Shown here: piece by piece, positions 60,059 to 64,000 of the stretch
How the letters are laid out: the number at the start of each line of letters is the position of its first letter
Numbering within the stretch: position 1 is the first letter of the stretch
Sequence record: PZ445517.1
DNA length: 64,000 nucleotides
Source: a phage
Direction: 5' to 3' (one strand)
The notes under the pieces: generated by a model
The model's database searches: none
Told to the model about the DNA's origin: nothing
Seen by the model: only the letters and a program-made list of their open reading frames with translations
Made by a program: the position numbers and the translations under genes

Positions 60059-61027
60059 TTATTTCAGAAGAGTAACCTCAGCAATTTCTTCCCAACCATT
60101 TTTGTCGGTCATAATAAAGTCAGCAAGATAAAGAGCAGTACGCAGTGAAACATTGCGTAAACGATTAACATTGACTTTCATCCATGATAATGCTTTATAA
60201 GTTTCTTCATCAGAAAGACCGCGCTTTTGCATCATGTCAGTTGAAAGAATAACATCTTCAACCCTGACCATAATTTCTTCATTAGTGTGAACACCCAAAT
60301 CCAAATAAACCGAGCGGGACACTAATGCTTGTAAGTGTGGGGCAAGTTTAGTACCACGGTCTAATTCGCGGTCAATGTCAACGTTTGTGATAAAAACAAT
60401 CGTTCCTTTAAATTCAAACTCACGCTCAATGCCTTTTTCTTCTAAGTAAGAAGATGCAGTGCTCCAGCAGACTTTACGGGTCTCTCCAGTGTCCAGAGCA
60501 GCTTTCAGAAGATTAAGAATGTCCATATCAGAGAAAACATCCACATCATCAATCAAAAGGACAGAATTCTCTTCACGATTATTCCAAAGCTGCTCATAAA
60601 GACCAATACCAGAGATTTTACCATTAATGCTTTTATATTCAATGTATCCATTATCATTTGCTTTATTTAAAGCTTTATCTAAAGAATACGTTTTACCAAT
60701 ACCTGCTGCGCCAGAGATAATTAATGAACGAATATTTCCATTAATAATACCATTCGTCATCATTCCCATAACATTAAATCTTTTATTAATGCGGGTTTTC
60801 ATATCTTCATATGATTCTTTAACTTCTTCAACTTTTACACCATCATATGAAATATCTGATTTGTAAACCCAAACACCACGACGTTTACCGTCAATTTCAA
60901 CAAAAACTTTACCATCTCCTTGTGCATCTACCGGAGCATTATCTGGGAACCATTCGCCTAAGAGCTCAAAAGTTCCAGAGATTTCTTTACCGAAGTAGAT
61001 ACCCTTATTGATAGTTACAGTTTTCAT
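60059..61027 (-). CDS. P-loop NTPase (AAA+-like), 322 aa
   Basis: start at ATG 61025-61027 (GGAGA upstream); Walker A SGAAGIGKT, Walker B VLLIDDVD, sensor-1-like TIVFITN; own promoter and terminator. Confidence 0.6.
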   Translation of the reverse strand: MKTVTINKGIYFGKEISGTFELLGEWFPDNAPVDAQGDGKVFVEIDGKRRGVWVYKSDISYDGVKVEEVKESYEDMKTRINKRFNVMGMMTNGIINGNIRSLIISGAAGIGKTYSLDKALNKANDNGYIEYKSINGKISGIGLYEQLWNNREENSVLLIDDVDVFSDMDILNLLKAALDTGETRKVCWSTASSYLEEKGIEREFEFKGTIVFITNVDIDRELDRGTKLAPHLQALVSRSVYLDLGVHTNEEIMVRVEDVILSTDMMQKRGLSDEETYKALSWMKVNVNRLRNVSLRTALYLADFIMTDKNGWEEIAEVTLLK

Positions 61028-61061
61028 TTTATTCTCCAAATCTGTATCAGTTGATAGTTGT

Positions 61062-61091
61062 ATAGTACCATAAAGCTTTATGCTTGTAAAC
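61062..61091 (-). promoter_or_regulatory. T4-type early promoter
   Basis: GTTTAC (61086-61091 rc), 18 nt, TACTAT; conserved cassette. Confidence 0.6.
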
Positions 61092-61121
61092 AGTTTTGTG
61101 AAAAAATTTTGAAATAAAAAA

Positions 61122-61140
61122 GGGAGCCCGAAGGCTCCCT
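61122..61140 (-). terminator. intrinsic terminator downstream of the nucleotidyltransferase gene
   Basis: gggagcc-cgaa-ggctccc; minus strand hairpin followed by TTTTTTATTT. Confidence 0.65.
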
Positions 61141-61141
61141 A

Positions 61142-62155
61142 TCATTTATAATAACTTCGGTGGTTTTCAAGATAAACCCTCTCAAGGAAGTCATCCCAGA
61201 AACCCATGTCTACTTTTTGCTGCATACCGTTTTTAGAAGCTTCAATGGATGCTGCTTCTACTTGATCGACAACATCTTCCAAAAACTCTTGAACCGTTTT
61301 AAATGGATGTTTACCCAACTTCACGTCGAGAATAAATGGAGCATCTTGGAGTGGATAAACCAAGTCACCAGTTTTGTAAATTTCCAATAGTTGGAGCCCG
61401 CCACGGCAAGCATGACTTAGAGCTTTCCAATCAATGCCTTCATTCGCTTCAGCTTTACGAGCGCGTTCACCATATTCAGCATCAAGTTTATTCAAAGACT
61501 GCTTAAGCTCAATAAGAGAAAGCGTTGTCTGATATTTACGACCCAACACAGTATAGAACGTTTGCGGGCCTGTTTTCTCATGATTATGGAATACCCATTC
61601 GCAGAATTCGTTTTCTGGAAGACGGTGTTTAATATCTGCAATTTTAGTACGACGTTGTCCTTGTGTTCCATCTTCTCGGTAATCAACCCACTGATCGGGG
61701 ATTTGATTAACTACTTTCAATACATCACGCAATGCGGCCAAACGAGAACCCTTAACACCATATTTAGAAGCTTGCTTGCGGACATATCCTAAATAGGATT
61801 TCATGTTAGTCGTATAAAAACGAGAACGATTGTCTTGGATAAATTTCCACACATCAGGTAAATCAGATTTAACCACTAGTTCAGGTGGAGTGTGAAGCAT
61901 ATCCAATGCTACAGTTTCACCATCTGCTGCTAATTTAAAGAAATACTTAAGACTGTATAGTTCATGGTCAATATCATCTTTAGTGTTTTTAGATGATGTG
62001 TTGTTAGTGTTTTTACTCATATGCTCTTTAACATTTCCGATAAGAATATCGCGAGCAGGAGGAACAAAGATTTCTTTAAAATCCACATCAGATTCTGGAG
62101 TAGAAGTTCCATAAAGATGACTACCAAAATAGCTTTTCATTACTGTTTTCATCAT
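61142..62155 (-). CDS. Pol-beta-type nucleotidyltransferase-fold protein, 337 aa
   Basis: N-terminal signature GSHLYGTSTPESDVDF (GS-x9-DxD) with a further acidic residue in ...ETVALDMLH...; start overlaps the stop of the upstream membrane-protein gene (ATGA). Confidence 0.55.
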   Translation of the reverse strand: MMKTVMKSYFGSHLYGTSTPESDVDFKEIFVPPARDILIGNVKEHMSKNTNNTSSKNTKDDIDHELYSLKYFFKLAADGETVALDMLHTPPELVVKSDLPDVWKFIQDNRSRFYTTNMKSYLGYVRKQASKYGVKGSRLAALRDVLKVVNQIPDQWVDYREDGTQGQRRTKIADIKHRLPENEFCEWVFHNHEKTGPQTFYTVLGRKYQTTLSLIELKQSLNKLDAEYGERARKAEANEGIDWKALSHACRGGLQLLEIYKTGDLVYPLQDAPFILDVKLGKHPFKTVQEFLEDVVDQVEAASIEASKNGMQQKVDMGFWDDFLERVYLENHRSYYK

Positions 62156-62613
62156 TCAGCCTTATATTCAATAACAGGACATACTTTAGCTTTACGAGCT
62201 TTTAAAAATTCGACGATAATAGACTTCTTGGGTTGAATAGGAGGTAAACCTTTATACGCCCTATCAATATTTTCTACATGTAAAGCATAATCCTTTTTCC
62301 ATTTATAATCTTTATATTTTTCATGCAGTTGTGCAGGAATAACAAATGAACCAATAATAAGTAAAACAAGCAAAATGGCAAGTATAAATGCTGATGGAAT
62401 AAGAGTCCATAAACTACTAAAAATAAGCCAACGTTGTAAACTTTCTGCGCAGATAATAGTTAGACCTGCGAGTATAGTACATCCAAAAACAGAAACGAAG
62501 AATGTAGGAATGGCAATAGACCAAAAATATGCACACAGTGTCTTAGGTCGTTTCCATTCATCATTAAACATTTTGAATAATTTATAATGCCAAGAGCTTT
62601 CATTAATAATCAT
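62152..62613 (-). CDS. hypothetical membrane protein, 153 aa
   Basis: hydrophobic segments AYFWSIAIPTFFVSVFGCTILAGLTIICA and LIPSAFILAILLVLLIIGSFVIP; coupled to the nucleotidyltransferase gene. Confidence 0.45.
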   Translation of the reverse strand: MIINESSWHYKLFKMFNDEWKRPKTLCAYFWSIAIPTFFVSVFGCTILAGLTIICAESLQRWLIFSSLWTLIPSAFILAILLVLLIIGSFVIPAQLHEKYKDYKWKKDYALHVENIDRAYKGLPPIQPKKSIIVEFLKARKAKVCPVIEYKAE

Positions 62614-62615
62614 AA

Positions 62616-63137
62616 TTATCCTTTCATTGAAGGTGTAACAGTTGTTAAATACTTAATCATAGCTTCAGCTTCTGATTTTGATAATGAAATTTCTCCATTG
62701 TTTTGACGAATAGAAATAAAATCAGGGTGACGGTCACCACCAGCTTTCAAAACACACATATAGGTATCAGTTTCATCTTCAATATTTGAAATGATTGAAG
62801 CAGTTCCGCATGAATGCGGTTTTTGATAAATCAATACAGCTTTTCTTCCGCCATTTGACTGTTCATAAACTTTTAATACATCAAACAAATCACTTCTTTT
62901 ATCAATAGCTAAAATGTTATTTTCATCTTCAATGTTAAATCCTTCGGATACTTCATAAAGTGTCACCCATAAATCGTCAATATCAATAACAGCGTTCACT
63001 TTTCCATGACTTTCAAGAGCATGACAAATTTTCTTGATTTCGTCATAACTCATTTTAATAATATCATCTCCTTGAATAAGGAAGATGTCATTTTTAAATT
63101 CAACACGAATTAAACCGCTTCCACTTGAAATAAACAT
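62616..63137 (-). CDS. hypothetical protein, 173 aa (paralogue of 63144..63689)
   Basis: C-terminus ...SKSEAEAMIKYLTTVTPSMKG aligns with ...TKDEAIALKTYLDSVIPTMISK of the adjacent ORF. Confidence 0.45.
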   Translation of the reverse strand: MFISSGSGLIRVEFKNDIFLIQGDDIIKMSYDEIKKICHALESHGKVNAVIDIDDLWVTLYEVSEGFNIEDENNILAIDKRSDLFDVLKVYEQSNGGRKAVLIYQKPHSCGTASIISNIEDETDTYMCVLKAGGDRHPDFISIRQNNGEISLSKSEAEAMIKYLTTVTPSMKG

Positions 63138-63143
63138 ATTTCC

Positions 63144-63689
63144 TCACTTTGAAATCATAGTTGGAATGACAGAATCAAGATAAGTCTTTAGCGCAATAGC
63201 TTCGTCTTTGGTAAATGTAACAATATGTGATCGAAAATCGTCAATTTGGCGAATAGTTAAGACATCTCCCTCTTCATAACATTTTGATACATTTAAAAGA
63301 GTTTCATCATTCTGATTGCAAGCGTTAGTAATAATAGCATTGCAATTTTTGAGCCATTTTAAACTATGTTTTCTTTCATTAGAATAATAAAAATATTTAA
63401 TCTTATCTATAAAACTATCCCAATGGATAACTGATAAGCATATTGACTCGCTTTCAATATTAAATCCTGGGCATGAAGAATAAAAATGAATTTTATGCTC
63501 ATCATTAATGCTTACAATTTTATCAGTATAAGGATTTTCAATTTTGGTTAAATGAATGATTTCACTAGGCGTAAAATACAGCATATCGTCTTCTTGTGTC
63601 AAACGATACATATTATTTACTTTTTCTATAGCCAATTCACCAAAAAGTGAACTAACTTCTAATACTAATCGTTTCGCCGCTACCGTCAT
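63144..63689 (-). CDS. hypothetical protein, 181 aa (paralogue of 62616..63137)
   Basis: shared C-terminal motif and shared G-F-N-I-E segment with the adjacent ORF. Confidence 0.45.
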   Translation of the reverse strand: MTVAAKRLVLEVSSLFGELAIEKVNNMYRLTQEDDMLYFTPSEIIHLTKIENPYTDKIVSINDEHKIHFYSSCPGFNIESESICLSVIHWDSFIDKIKYFYYSNERKHSLKWLKNCNAIITNACNQNDETLLNVSKCYEEGDVLTIRQIDDFRSHIVTFTKDEAIALKTYLDSVIPTMISK

Positions 63690-63821
63690 TACATACTCCT
63701 CTGAATCATATCAATAATGTTGTTCACCAGATTATAAGTAAACATTGGGTAATTATATTGAATCACCACATACACAACAAACAAAACTTTCATTCTCTTC
63801 TCCTTGGCAGTTGACAAGATT

Positions 63822-63851
63822 ACTATACCATAACCTTGCCAACTTGTAAAC
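63822..63851 (-). promoter_or_regulatory. T4-type early promoter at the head of the paralogue / membrane / nucleotidyltransferase operon
   Basis: GTTTAC (63846-63851 rc), 18 nt, TGGTATAGT. Confidence 0.55.
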
Positions 63852-63853
63852 CA

Positions 63854-64000
63854 TTAAATGACGTTTTCGATAAAATTCTGAAGCTTTGTATGAGCATCAA
63901 CCATGATTTTCATTTCTTCCTTTGCGAAAGCTGTACCTCTTTCACGAGAAGAACATTCATAGTCAGAAACTGCATTAGCATATTCTTCAATTAGCTTCAT
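63854..64000 (-). CDS. hypothetical small protein, 48 aa or longer (may be truncated by the window end)
   Basis: hand-translated MKLIEEYANAVSDYECSSRERGTAFAKEEMKIMVDAHTKLQNFIENVI; the ATG is the last three bases of the window so the true start is uncertain. Confidence 0.25.
   Translation of the reverse strand: MKLIEEYANAVSDYECSSRERGTAFAKEEMKIMVDAHTKLQNFIENVI

Noticed and set aside
63811-63816. Plus-strand TTGACA hexamer suggesting a plus-strand sigma-70 promoter
   Set aside because: No matching -10 element at 16-18 nt spacing and no plus-strand gene downstream; the minus-strand early promoter explains this region.
1-64000. CRISPR arrays, tRNA or rRNA genes
   Set aside because: No regularly spaced direct repeats with unique spacers were seen, and no cloverleaf-like or rRNA-like segments; the repeats present are promoter cassettes, UUCG hairpins and one intragenic 32-bp pair.

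Overview
This window reads as a T4-like (Tevenvirinae) coliphage genome segment covering the early/middle 'DNA metabolism and host takeover' region. Nearly all genes are on the minus strand, in tight, often overlapping arrays; the only plus-strand genes are the 5'-truncated holin gene t at the window start and an HNH homing endonuclease at 39354..40070. The order follows the T4 map: t, asiA, arn, motA, 52, ac, stp, ndd, denB, rIIB, rIIA, 39, motB, dexA, dda, srd, modA, modB, soc, 56, 61, sp, dmd, 41, 40, uvsX, a glycosyltransferase, 42, imm, 43, regA, 62, 44, 45, rpbA, 46, 47, a-gt, 55, nrdH-like, nrdG, nrdD, 49, nrdC, then a block of uncharacterised genes. Gene names rest on product sequence, exact length matches to T4 proteins as I recall them, and synteny; no database search was run. 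At least 16 early promoters on the minus strand share one architecture (GTTTAC, 18 nt, TATAAT-like), and many intergenic hairpins carry a UUCG tetraloop on the transcribed strand. Differences from T4 itself: gene 39 is one uninterrupted 606-codon ORF, nrdD is one uninterrupted 605-codon ORF, and the slot between uvsX and 42 holds a 282-aa DxD protein rather than a 351-aa beta-glucosyltransferase. The best candidates for something undescribed are (i) an early operon at 61142..63852 encoding two paralogous proteins, a membrane protein and a Pol-beta-type nucleotidyltransferase, (ii) an adjacent stand-alone P-loop ATPase, and (iii) a tandem array of four ~300-340 aa coiled-coil-tailed paralogues at 54635..58615. 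I found no rRNA, tRNA or CRISPR features.
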